DNA of 64,000 nucleotides from Patescibacteria group bacterium (GTDB taxonomy: Bacteria > Patescibacteriota > Patescibacteriia > UBA2196). Position 1 is the first letter of the stretch. Every line of letters begins with the position of its first letter. Below the pieces are notes generated by a model that was not told where the DNA came from, searched no databases, and saw only the letters and a list, made by a program, of their open reading frames with translations. This document shows positions 26,564 to 34,778 of the stretch, piece by piece. The stretch spans positions 628 through 64,627 of the forward strand of contig DAIUDD010000001.1 of assembly GCA_036845805.1 (NCBI GenBank), written 5' to 3'. Made by a program: the position numbers and the translations under genes.

Positions 26564-27256
26564 ATGCTCTACCTTGTTGCCACTCCGATTGGTAATTTAA
26601 AAGATATCACTCTTCGCGCTTTGGAAATTTTAAAGAGTGTTGATTTCATTTTATGCGAGGATACTCGTGTGACCAGAAAACTTCTCGATCATTATGAAAT
26701 AAAAAATAAAAAATTGATTGCTTATCATCATCATACTGATGCTAAAAAAACTGCCGAAATCATTGAATTAATTAAAAATAATAATGTGGCTTTGGTCACC
26801 GATGCGGGCACCCCTGGTATTTCCGATCCCGGCAATATTTTAATTGCCGCGCTTGCAGGGACAGGTTTTGACCTGTCCGCTGTGTCTGTCATTCCTATTC
26901 CCGGTCCCTCTGCTTTAATTACCGCACTTTCTATTTCTGGCTTACCTACAGATAAATTTATTTTTAAAGGTTTTGTGCCGCACAAAAAAGGCCGGGAAAC
27001 TTTTTTAAGACAAGTTTTAGAAGCCAAAGAGACAGTTGTTTTTTATGAATCATGTCATCGAATAATAAAGTGTCTAGAACAATTAAATTTATTTTGTAGG
27101 GACAGGTCTCGACCTGTCCAAATGGTTGTCTGCCGCGAACTGACCAAAAAATTTGAAACTATTTATCGCGGCACTGCCGAAGAAATCCTCGCGCAAATAA
27201 AAAAGGAGTTCCCGAACGGAACCCCAAAAGGTGAATTTGTGATCATTTCACAATAA
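26564..27256 (+). CDS. rsmI: 16S rRNA (cytidine1402-2'-O)-methyltransferase RsmI, with two in-frame palindromic insertions
   Basis: LYLVATPIGNLKDIT, ILCEDTR, DAGTPGISDPG, FYESCHR and RELTKKFE. Insertions at 26858-26878 and 27096-27119 encode GTGFDLS and CRDRSRPVQ. Confidence 0.85.
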   Translation: MLYLVATPIGNLKDITLRALEILKSVDFILCEDTRVTRKLLDHYEIKNKKLIAYHHHTDAKKTAEIIELIKNNNVALVTDAGTPGISDPGNILIAALAGTGFDLSAVSVIPIPGPSALITALSISGLPTDKFIFKGFVPHKKGRETFLRQVLEAKETVVFYESCHRIIKCLEQLNLFCRDRSRPVQMVVCRELTKKFETIYRGTAEEILAQIKKEFPNGTPKGEFVIISQ

Positions 27257-27449
27257 AAATTGAAAAAAAACGGAAATGTTGGTTTATTAACAATAAACCA
27301 GCTATTATACCTATATAACACCACCCCCGAAGATCAATAATTGGGGGGCGACCAGCAAACTCTGGTCCATCTTTCTCGTTTATTTTGTTTATAACGAGAC
27401 CTACAAACCCAGAGATTAGGCAACCAATCCCTATTAGACAAAGTTTCAT
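27243..27449 (-). CDS. Small membrane protein (68 aa)
   Basis: ggagg RBS 6 nt before the ATG on the minus strand; two TM helices. Confidence 0.35.
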   Translation of the reverse strand: MKLCLIGIGCLISGFVGLVINKINEKDGPEFAGRPPIIDLRGWCYIGIIAGLLLINQHFRFFSIFIVK

Positions 27450-27470
27450 GTTTCCTCCACCATTATTTTT

Positions 27471-28958
27471 ATGTTAAATAAATTCTATCTTACCACCACC
27501 CTGCCATATGTCAATAGCGAACCGCATATTGGTTTTGCTTTGGAAATTATTCAAGCCGATACCATTGCCCGTTGGCAGCGTTTGAATGACAATGAAGTAT
27601 TTTTTAATACTGGCACTGATGAGCATGGTTTAAAAATTTATCGAAAAGCCATGGAAGAGGGCAAAGAACCGCAAGAATATTGTGACGAATATGCGGCCAA
27701 ATTTGATAATTTAAAAAACGCGCTGAATTTAAGTTATAATAATTTTATCCGCACGACCGACAAGCATCATCTAAAAGCAGCGCAAGAATTTTGGCAACGT
27801 TGTGAAAAAAACGGCGACATTTACAAAAAAAACTATCAGGTTAAATATTGTGTCGGCTGCGAATTGGAAAAAACCGAATCGGAATTAGAAAATGACAAAT
27901 GTCCGATTCATCCTAATTTAGAATTAGAATTAATTAATGAAGAAAATTATTTTTTTCGTTTTAGTAAATATCAACAGCCGCTTTTAGATTTATATCATAA
28001 AAATCCAGAATTTGTGGTGCCGGCGCATCGGCTAACCGAAATTAAAAATTTTGTCGCCGCTGGTTTGGAAGATTTTAGCATCTCCCGCCTTAAAGAAAAA
28101 ATGCCTTGGGGTATTAGCGTGCCGGGCGATGAAAATCATGTGATGTATGTTTGGTTTGATGCTCTGATCAATTATATTTCCTGTTTGGGTTGGCCCGAAG
28201 ATGAAAAAAAATTTCAAGAATTTTGGCCAGGGTGTCAGGTTGCGGGCAAAGACAATTTGCGCCAGCAATCGGCCATGTGGCAAGCCATGTTAATGTCTGC
28301 TGGCTTACCGCCATCCAAGCAAATATTTATTCATGGTTTTATTACGGCCAATGGTGAAAAAATGAGTAAATCTCTGGGCAATGTGATTAATCCATTTGAA
28401 TTAGTTAAAAAATTTGGCACTGATGCCGTGCGTTATTATTTGCTGGCTAAAATTTCTCCTTTTGAAGATGGCGATTATACTGAAGAAAAATTTAAAGAAG
28501 CTTATATTGCCGATCTTTGTAATGGTCTTGGCAATCTGGTTTCGCGTGTTTCCAATTTAATTGAAAAGAATGATATTCAAATAGAATGTCATCCTGAGCG
28601 ATTAGCGAAGGATCCCGCATCTTTTCTGTCATCCTCGCGAACGCGAGGATCCCATGGTTTTAAAGATGATCAACTGTCTAAATCATTCTCTGAAAAATTA
28701 GAAAACTATAAATTTAACGAAGCCTTGGAAATTCTTTGGAATAAACTGCGCGCCTGCGATGAAACAGTCACTAAAACTGAACCATGGAAAATTAAAGATC
28801 AAGATAGATTAAAAGAAATTTTAGAACCAATTGCAGAAGATATTTTAAATGTGGCAATTTTACTCCAACCTTTTATGCCCGAAACCGCGGAAAAAATTAA
28901 GGCTACTTTTACCGCAGAAAAAATTAAAAAAAGCGAGCCCTTATTTCCCAGAATATAA
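27471..28958 (+). CDS. metG: Methionine--tRNA ligase, carrying a 66-bp in-frame repeat-element insertion
   Basis: Class I HIGH region (PYVNSEPHIGFA), KMSKS, and zinc knuckles CxxC. The insertion CHPERLAKDPASFLSSSRTRGSHG is encoded by element 28588-28653. Confidence 0.9.
   Translation: MLNKFYLTTTLPYVNSEPHIGFALEIIQADTIARWQRLNDNEVFFNTGTDEHGLKIYRKAMEEGKEPQEYCDEYAAKFDNLKNALNLSYNNFIRTTDKHHLKAAQEFWQRCEKNGDIYKKNYQVKYCVGCELEKTESELENDKCPIHPNLELELINEENYFFRFSKYQQPLLDLYHKNPEFVVPAHRLTEIKNFVAAGLEDFSISRLKEKMPWGISVPGDENHVMYVWFDALINYISCLGWPEDEKKFQEFWPGCQVAGKDNLRQQSAMWQAMLMSAGLPPSKQIFIHGFITANGEKMSKSLGNVINPFELVKKFGTDAVRYYLLAKISPFEDGDYTEEKFKEAYIADLCNGLGNLVSRVSNLIEKNDIQIECHPERLAKDPASFLSSSRTRGSHGFKDDQLSKSFSEKLENYKFNEALEILWNKLRACDETVTKTEPWKIKDQDRLKEILEPIAEDILNVAILLQPFMPETAEKIKATFTAEKIKKSEPLFPRI
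28588..28653 (+). repeat. GTCAT-family double hairpin element inside metG, read in-frame
   Basis: gtcatcctgagcgattagcgaaggatccc + gtcatcctcgcgaacgcgaggatccc. The first unit nearly matches the left arm of the element at 180-210. Confidence 0.7.
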
Positions 28959-29033
28959 TATATTTTGTCATTCCCGACCCGATCGGGAATCAAGAAATTT
29001 TAAAATTTAAAATTTTAAATTTAAAATTATTCT

Positions 29034-29552
29034 ATGACTATTCTCGACCTAATCTTAATTCTCATTATTTTCTTTTTTGTTTTTTCAGGTTTTTGGTTTG
29101 GCTTAATCCACGCGCTTGGCGCTTTAATTGGTACTATTGCCGGTGTCTTAGTGGCTGGTCAGTATTTTGAAAAATTGGCCGTGACGATCGGTCCGATTTT
29201 CGGTAGCAATAACAATTTGGCGCGCATCATTTCTTTTTTAATTATTTTTGTGGTGGTTAATCGCTTGGTCGGTTTGGTTTTTTGGCTGATTAATAAAATT
29301 TTCAATGTGATTGCCATTATTCCGTTTTTAAAAACCATCAATCGTTTGGCTGGCGCCATCTTGGGTTTTTTAGAAGGCGCCATTGTTTTGGGCGTCGTCT
29401 TAATAATGATTGGCAAATTTCCTTTCGCTGGTTTTATTATTCCGGCCGTGGAAGCCTCGAGCGTAGCCAAATGGTTGACTAGTATTGGTAAAATTTTTGT
29501 CCCGCTTTTGCCAGAACTTGTGCGCCAAGCACGAAGCTATCTGAATTTTTAA
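29034..29552 (+). CDS. cvpA: CvpA family membrane protein
   Basis: MTILDLILILIIFFFVFSGFWFGLIHALGALIG and four TM helices. Confidence 0.7.
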   Translation: MTILDLILILIIFFFVFSGFWFGLIHALGALIGTIAGVLVAGQYFEKLAVTIGPIFGSNNNLARIISFLIIFVVVNRLVGLVFWLINKIFNVIAIIPFLKTINRLAGAILGFLEGAIVLGVVLIMIGKFPFAGFIIPAVEASSVAKWLTSIGKIFVPLLPELVRQARSYLNF

Positions 29553-29562
29553 TTTTTAAATT

Positions 29563-29642
29563 GTCATGCTGAACTTGATTCAGCATCCCTTTACTTTGAG
29601 ATAATTTTTGATATTTAGATCCCGAAACAAGTTCGGGATGAC
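29563..29642 (+). repeat. GTCAT-family element (two hairpins; termini gtcat...atgac) immediately upstream of tatD
   Basis: gtcatgctgaacttgattcagcatccc ... agatcccgaaacaagttcgggatgac. Confidence 0.65.
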
Positions 29643-29658
29643 AGAACAGGGTTTTGTT

Positions 29659-30624
29659 ATGACCATAATCGACTCCCACTGCCATCTTAATTTTCCCGAA
29701 TATAAAGATGATCAGGAAAATATCATTGCCGATTGCCTAAAAAAAGGGATCGGCCTTATTAACATTGGCACCAGTTTAAAAACTTCGACCGAAGTTTTTA
29801 ATTTAGCCAATCAATACCCAAATAAACCAATCTACGCCGCGATTGGTCTTTATCCCTCACATTGTTCTGATACTGATTATGACGCGCACGAGCAAGCCTT
29901 AAAAGATCCGGACATTTTTTTTAACCCAGCTTTATATCAGAAATTAATTGATGCTGATATAAATAAAAAAATTGTGGCGGTGGGTGAAATTGGTTTGGAA
30001 TATAGTTATGTGCCCTCTGGCCGTGATCTTGCAGAAATAAAAAGTTTGCAAAGACAGGGTTTTATTGATCAATTAAATTTTGCCGGGAAAAATAATCTGC
30101 CAGTAATTCTCCATGCCCGCGGGTCAAAGGAAAAACCAGATGACGCATATGAAGATATGTTAGAAATTTTAACCGCCTTTTTGTCATCCTCGCGAAAGCG
30201 AGGATCCCATGGTTTAGGTGATGAAACACAAGATTCCCGCTGGAGTTTACCCCGTACCGCGATACGGGGCGGGAATGACAGTAACCTAAAAGGCGTTCTT
30301 CATTGTTTTAGTTCAACAATCGAAATCGCTCAAAAATTTCTTGATTTAGGTTTTTATCTTGGTTTTACCGGTATTATTACTTTTAAAAATAAATCTGTTG
30401 ACAATTTGCGGAAAGTTGTTAAACTAATTTCCTTGGAGAAAATTTTAGTCGAAACCGATGCCCCGTATTTAACCCCCGAACCACATCGCGGGGAAATTAA
30501 TAAGCCGCAAAATGTTACTCTAGTGGCGCAAAAAATTGCTGAGCTTAAAAACATTTCTTATGGGGAAGTGTGTAAAATAACCACAAACAATGTTAAAAAT
30601 TTGTTTTTATGTTTTAATGTTTAA
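29659..30624 (+). CDS. tatD: TatD family metal-dependent hydrolase, with a 97-bp in-frame element insertion
   Basis: IDSHCHLNF, VGEIGLEY, ILHARGS, VLHCFSST and ILVETDAPYL. The ~31-aa insertion LSSSRKRGSHG...RGGNDSNLK is encoded by 30183-30279. The start should be the MTIID Met, not the ORF-track 29608. Confidence 0.85.
   Translation: MTIIDSHCHLNFPEYKDDQENIIADCLKKGIGLINIGTSLKTSTEVFNLANQYPNKPIYAAIGLYPSHCSDTDYDAHEQALKDPDIFFNPALYQKLIDADINKKIVAVGEIGLEYSYVPSGRDLAEIKSLQRQGFIDQLNFAGKNNLPVILHARGSKEKPDDAYEDMLEILTAFLSSSRKRGSHGLGDETQDSRWSLPRTAIRGGNDSNLKGVLHCFSSTIEIAQKFLDLGFYLGFTGIITFKNKSVDNLRKVVKLISLEKILVETDAPYLTPEPHRGEINKPQNVTLVAQKIAELKNISYGEVCKITTNNVKNLFLCFNV
30183..30279 (+). repeat. GTCAT-family composite element inside tatD, in-frame
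   Basis: gtcatcctcgcgaaagcgaggatccc...aagattcccgc...ccccgtaccgcgatacgggg cgggaatgac has the same architecture as 56513-56593. Confidence 0.7.
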
Positions 30625-30642
30625 ATGTTTTAATAACTTTTT

Positions 30643-30984
30643 ATGCCTTTTCATCAAGAAAAATTAAATAAATTATTTTTACATGAATTGTCTGAGATTA
30701 TTGCCAACTATCTAGAATTTCCTGCCGGCACGTTAGTGACATTAATGCACGTGGAGGTGGCCAAGAATTTAAGCCAGGCCAAAATTTGGCTTTCGGTTTT
30801 GCCTTTTTCTAAATCGGCAGCAGCGGTTTCTGTTTTAATTAAAAATCAACAGCTTTTGGTCGAACACCTCAATCAACGCATTAAATTACGGCGCCTGCCG
30901 AAATTTATTTTTTTAATTGATGATACCGAAGAAAAAGCTGCGGCCATGGAAAAACAAATCAGCAAATTGTTTACCAATGATTAA
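30643..30984 (+). CDS. rbfA: Ribosome-binding factor A
   Basis: LTLMHVEVAKNLSQAKIWLSVLP...RLPKFIFLIDDTEEK matches the RbfA KH-like fold. Confidence 0.7.
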   Translation: MPFHQEKLNKLFLHELSEIIANYLEFPAGTLVTLMHVEVAKNLSQAKIWLSVLPFSKSAAAVSVLIKNQQLLVEHLNQRIKLRRLPKFIFLIDDTEEKAAAMEKQISKLFTND

Positions 30985-31102
30985 TTGTTTTAATATTTTT
31001 ATTCCTAAATCATAAATCTTAATTCGTAATTCCTTTCCTTTTGATATTTCTAATGCTTGACACTTTGACACTTTTAGCCAGTCATGATATTCTTCATCAA
31101 TT

Positions 31103-32089
31103 ATGAAAGATATCATTAAAAAACAAATTTTCGCCGATGTTTTAAAAGCTATAAATCAAGCCAAGCAAATTCTTGTTGTTACTCATCATAGTCCTGACGG
31201 CGATGCCCTTGGTTCGTTATCTGCTTTTTATAGCTGGATTCGGATGTTTAAAAAAAGTGTCACTTTGTTTGTGGCGGAAAAAATTCCCGCTGTTTTTTAT
31301 TTTCTCCCCTTTATGGGCCAGATAGAAACTGATTGGCACAATTTGCTGAATCACAATTACGATTTAATTATTATTTTGGATTGTGGCGAAGAAAAACGCG
31401 CCGGCCTTACTGAATATTTTTCTTATCTTAAATCTCGGCCCACTATTATCAATATTGATCATCACCAATCGAACAACTCTTTTGGCAATATTAATTTAAT
31501 TGATTTAGATGCATCTTCCACCACTGAGATTTTGACCGAATTTTTTATTTATCAAAAAACAGATTTTAACAAAAATCTCGCCACCACTCTGCTTTTTGGT
31601 ATTATGCAAGACACTGATTTTTTAGCCCATAACAATACCACTGAGCGCACCATTTATCTGGCCGGCGAGCTAATTAAACATGGTGCCAGCTTGCATCGCA
31701 TCGTCTTATCTAATAAAAAAAATTTACCTCCCAATGGTTTAAGGCTCTGGGGTAAAATTTTATCACGTTTAACATTTGATGAATCAACCGGTCTTGGCAT
31801 CACCGCTATTTTTTTAGAAGATTGGCAGGAAGATTTTTCCGATGACGAAATTTTTAGCTCTCTTAGTAATTTTTTAAACGCGGTTAATGATGTTAAGGGC
31901 ATCATGGTTTTAAAAGAGCAAGCCGGTAATCTGGTAAAGGGCAGTTTGCGCACCACCAAAGATGAAATTGATGTTTCCGTAATTGCTTCTCAATACGGTG
32001 GCGGTGGTCATAAACGTTCAGCTGGCTTTATCACTTCCGGTCGAATTGTTAAAACAGAAAAAAATATTTGGCAAATAGAAAAAATTTAA
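31103..32089 (+). CDS. DHH/DHHA1 phosphoesterase (NrnA-like nanoRNase/pAp phosphatase)
   Basis: LVVTHHSPDGDALGS, IDHH, and DHHA1 GGGGH. Confidence 0.8.
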   Translation: MKDIIKKQIFADVLKAINQAKQILVVTHHSPDGDALGSLSAFYSWIRMFKKSVTLFVAEKIPAVFYFLPFMGQIETDWHNLLNHNYDLIIILDCGEEKRAGLTEYFSYLKSRPTIINIDHHQSNNSFGNINLIDLDASSTTEILTEFFIYQKTDFNKNLATTLLFGIMQDTDFLAHNNTTERTIYLAGELIKHGASLHRIVLSNKKNLPPNGLRLWGKILSRLTFDESTGLGITAIFLEDWQEDFSDDEIFSSLSNFLNAVNDVKGIMVLKEQAGNLVKGSLRTTKDEIDVSVIASQYGGGGHKRSAGFITSGRIVKTEKNIWQIEKI

Positions 32090-32274
32090 TTATCACTCCC
32101 TCTCCTTACGAAGGAGAGGGGTGGGGCGAGGTTAATTTTTTTGACTCTTTACCAAACATCTTTTTTGTCGTAAAATCAAAATTATATAAATGTTGGTTCA
32201 AGGTTGGCATTGGAACTAAAATATTTCACTTTAATTTGTTTTAAATTTAAAATTTTATTATTAATTTTAATTCT

Positions 32275-32853
32275 ATGTATCTTATACCGACTGTCGTGGA
32301 AAAATCTAACTTTGGCGAACGCGCCTATGATATTTATTCCCGACTTTTAAAAGAGCGTATTATTTTTTTGGGCGCGCCCATCGATGATGCAGTAGCCAAT
32401 ACCGTTATTGCCCAATTATTGTTTTTAGCTTCCGAAGATCCTAAAAAGGATATTAAGCTTTATATTAATTCGCCCGGTGGCTCTGTTTCTGCTGGTTTAG
32501 CTATCTATGATACCATGCAATATATTAAAAACGATGTCTCGACCATTTGCGTTGGCACCGCTGCTTCCATGGGCGCGGTTTTATTAGCTGCTGGCGCGCC
32601 GGGTAAACGCTTGGCTTTGCCTAATTCCGAAATTCTTTTGCACCAAGTGATGGGCGGGGCTGAAGGCCAAGCGATTGATGTTAAAATTAGAGCCGAGCAT
32701 ATTTTAAAAATCAAAGATCGGATTAATAAAATTTTATCCGTCCACACCAATCAACCTTTGGATAAAATTGAAAAAGATACTGACCGTGATTATTTTATGA
32801 GTGCGGAAGAAGCCAAAAAATTTGGTCTGATTGATAAAGTGATTAAGCAATAA
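32275..32853 (+). CDS. clpP: ATP-dependent Clp protease proteolytic subunit
   Basis: [12 protein letters not shown], catalytic [14 protein letters not shown], and the His and Asp downstream. Confidence 0.95.
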   Translation: MYLIPTVVEKSNFGERAYDIYSRLLKERIIFLGAPIDDAVANTVIAQLLFLASEDPKKDIKLYINSPGGSVSAGLAIYDTMQYIKNDVSTICVGTAASMGAVLLAAGAPGKRLALPNSEILLHQVMGGAEGQAIDVKIRAEHILKIKDRINKILSVHTNQPLDKIEKDTDRDYFMSAEEAKKFGLIDKVIKQ

Positions 32854-32859
32854 TTTTTT

Positions 32860-33555
32860 ATGCCCGAGCGCCTGCAAAAAATTTTATCACGCTTAGGCAT
32901 TGCTTCTCGTCGCGAAGCCGAGAAGCTTATTTTATCTGGCCATGTCTTGGTTAATGGCCAGCGCCCAAAATTGGGTGACAAGGCCGATGAAACTCAAGAT
33001 AAAATAGTAGTCAATAATTGTTTGATTAATAGCGGGTCAAAAAATAAAGAAAGTAAAAATAATTTTATTTATTATTTATTAAATAAGCCGGTTGGCTATA
33101 TTTGTTCCCGACGGCGCAAAAAGGGGGAGCGCTTAGCCATTGATTTGGTGCCAGAAAATCCGCGCGTTTGGACTGTTGGCCGTCTGGACAAAGACTCTTC
33201 TGGATTATTAATTTTAACCAATGATGGCCGTCTGACCGAAGAGTTAACTCATCCTAAATTTGAACACGAAAAAGAATATTTGGTCGAAGTGGACAGAAAA
33301 ATAAAATCAGACTTTTTTGTCAAAATGAAAAGCGGCGTTAAATTAACTGAAGGATTGGCTTGCGCTGACAAAATTAAACCGCTTGGTACTAATAAATTTT
33401 TATTAACTATCCATCAAGGCTGGAAGCGCCAAATTCGGCGCATGTGTTATGCTTTGGGTTATTCGGTCAAATCTTTAACCCGCGTGCGGATTGGCCAGTG
33501 GCGCCTAGAAAATTTAGCAGCAGGGAAGTATCGAATAATTTCCAAGATACAATAA
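32860..33555 (+). CDS. rRNA pseudouridine synthase (RsuA/RluB family) with S4 domain
   Basis: N-terminal S4 domain (RLQKILSRLGIASRREAEKLI) and catalytic VGRLDKDSSGLLILTNDG. Confidence 0.85.
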   Translation: MPERLQKILSRLGIASRREAEKLILSGHVLVNGQRPKLGDKADETQDKIVVNNCLINSGSKNKESKNNFIYYLLNKPVGYICSRRRKKGERLAIDLVPENPRVWTVGRLDKDSSGLLILTNDGRLTEELTHPKFEHEKEYLVEVDRKIKSDFFVKMKSGVKLTEGLACADKIKPLGTNKFLLTIHQGWKRQIRRMCYALGYSVKSLTRVRIGQWRLENLAAGKYRIISKIQ

Positions 33556-33680
33556 CCAAGAAACAAATAAATTCCAACAATCAAATCACAATAAAAGATA
33601 TTTTGGCAATAATAATTTGGTCATTGTTTATTGAAAATTATTTGGAAATTGTATCTTGGAAATTGGAAATTATTTTAAAA
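33541..33680. repeat. AT-rich palindromic intergenic repeat, copy 2
   Basis: tccaagatacaataaccaagaaacaaataaattccaacaa...ttatttggaaattgtatcttggaaattggaaatt overlaps the last codons of the pseudouridine synthase ORF. Confidence 0.55.
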
Positions 33681-33681
33681 T

Positions 33682-34137
33682 ATGTATCTTTATCTTAACA
33701 CCACCGACCATAATTTTATTCATCTGGCCCTAATTAAACCCACTGGCCAGATTTTAGTGACCAAAAAAATTTCTGCGCCCTATCAGCAGTCAGAAAAATT
33801 ATTACTTAATATTCAAAAAATTTTAACCAGCGCCAAATTTCCCTTAACAAAAATCGCGGGCATAATTGTAATCAAAGGACCCGGTGGCTTTACTTCCTTG
33901 CGCATTGGTCTTGGTGTGGCCAACGCCTTGGCCTGGTCCTTACAAATTCCGATTGTGGGCGTGGAGTCAAAGTGTCAGAGTGTCAAAGTGTCAAAGTGTC
34001 AGGGTTTGTCCGCCAAATTGATGGACGAAGATAAACTTATTAGACAAGGACTACTTAAATTAAAAAAAACAAAATATTTCAAACCAATTATGCCAAAATA
34101 TGGCAGTGAACCGCATATTACTATCAAAAATAAATAA
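33682..34137 (+). CDS. tsaB: tRNA threonylcarbamoyladenosine biosynthesis protein TsaB, with in-frame tandem heptamer repeat
   Basis: IKGPGGFTSLRIGLGVANALAWSLQIPIVGV. Then (agtgtca)x5 at 33966-34004 encodes SKCQSVKVSKCQ. Confidence 0.75.
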   Translation: MYLYLNTTDHNFIHLALIKPTGQILVTKKISAPYQQSEKLLLNIQKILTSAKFPLTKIAGIIVIKGPGGFTSLRIGLGVANALAWSLQIPIVGVESKCQSVKVSKCQGLSAKLMDEDKLIRQGLLKLKKTKYFKPIMPKYGSEPHITIKNK

Positions 34138-34249
34138 TTATAGAAATTATTTTCAGATTAACTTGAATTTAATTTTTGTCCGTATTTCTTGTCAGGTTTT
34201 ATTGTTTTTCACTTGACCATTTGTATTGTTTTGCTAAAATAAAAAATAT

Positions 34250-34595
34250 TTATTGAGTAGGCTGGGGACAAAAACATTCCTCTGATGAAGCTTTCAGGGC
34301 CAATTAGTGCCAAAACCGGAGGGAGGAATGTTCCCCAGCACTATTTAATATCACAGGTGTAGCTCAATGTCAGAGCCGTTGACTGGTAGTAGCCAATTGG
34401 TTAGTGGTTCGAATCAACTTGCCCACTCAAAACCGCCATCTAAACAGGATGGCATACCGGGTGTGGCCCACTCTTAACTTAGGTCCGGGGTCGCCGAGAT
34501 ATAATGCAACAAATAACCCCTTTTTACGAGTGAGAGTGTGGCCACACCATTTTTTCAGCCCGATCTCAACACCGAGACGGGCTTTTTATTTTTTA
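34250..34595 (+). ncRNA. Candidate ~345-nt GC-rich structured RNA upstream of secD; class unresolved
   Basis: Promoter ttgacc-16-taaaat at 34213-34240. Long hairpin gctggggac...cattcctc / gagggaggaatgttccccagc. A T-arm-like ggttcgaatc but no complete cloverleaf. Terminator cccgatctcaacaccgagacggg plus T-tract near 34590. Confidence 0.35.
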
Positions 34596-34650
34596 ATTTC
34601 TCTAATATTTTATTCCTTTAGTCCTCTATTTTTTTCTTCTCTGTGTTTTT

Positions 34651-34705
34651 ATTCTTAAATCACCTGCCCGCTATCGCTACGCTCAAGCGTTGCTGGCGGG
34701 TAAAT
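34651..34705 (+). repeat. Conserved GC-rich box, copy 1; identical copy at 38856-38910
   Basis: cttaaatcacctgcccgctatcgctacgctcaagcgttgctggcgggtaaat is identical in both copies, each about 75-100 bp upstream of a start codon (secD and ORF 38963). Confidence 0.75.
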
Positions 34706-34778
34706 CTTAAATCTTTTCTCTCTTTTGTCTTACTATTTGACACATTTTTGCCTTTATTCTAAAATATAAGTAATCTTT

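Noticed and set aside
29608-29658. ORF-track N-terminal extensions of tatD (29608), nfu (56511), the isochorismatase-like gene (23363), rpmA (55410) and ruvX (42253)
   Set aside because: The extra residues are encoded by hairpin repeat elements or non-homologous spacer. Conserved family N-termini ([44 protein letters not shown]) start at downstream Met codons with better context.
34380-34470. Possible tRNA or tmRNA tRNA-like domain (gtagctcaatg... ggttcgaatc)
   Set aside because: The D-arm-like and T-arm-like motifs are present. However, no acceptor stem complementary to the 5' side exists, the T-stem has a mismatch, and the 'anticodon' region does not pair. A cloverleaf cannot be built. It is kept only as part of the unclassified GC-rich RNA candidate.
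34404-34658. ORF-track ORF (84 aa) in the tsaB-secD spacer
   Set aside because: The ORF is Pro/Arg/Ser-rich and low-complexity, has no RBS, overlaps GC-rich hairpins and the conserved 51-bp box, and lies on a structured non-coding region. It is almost certainly not a protein.
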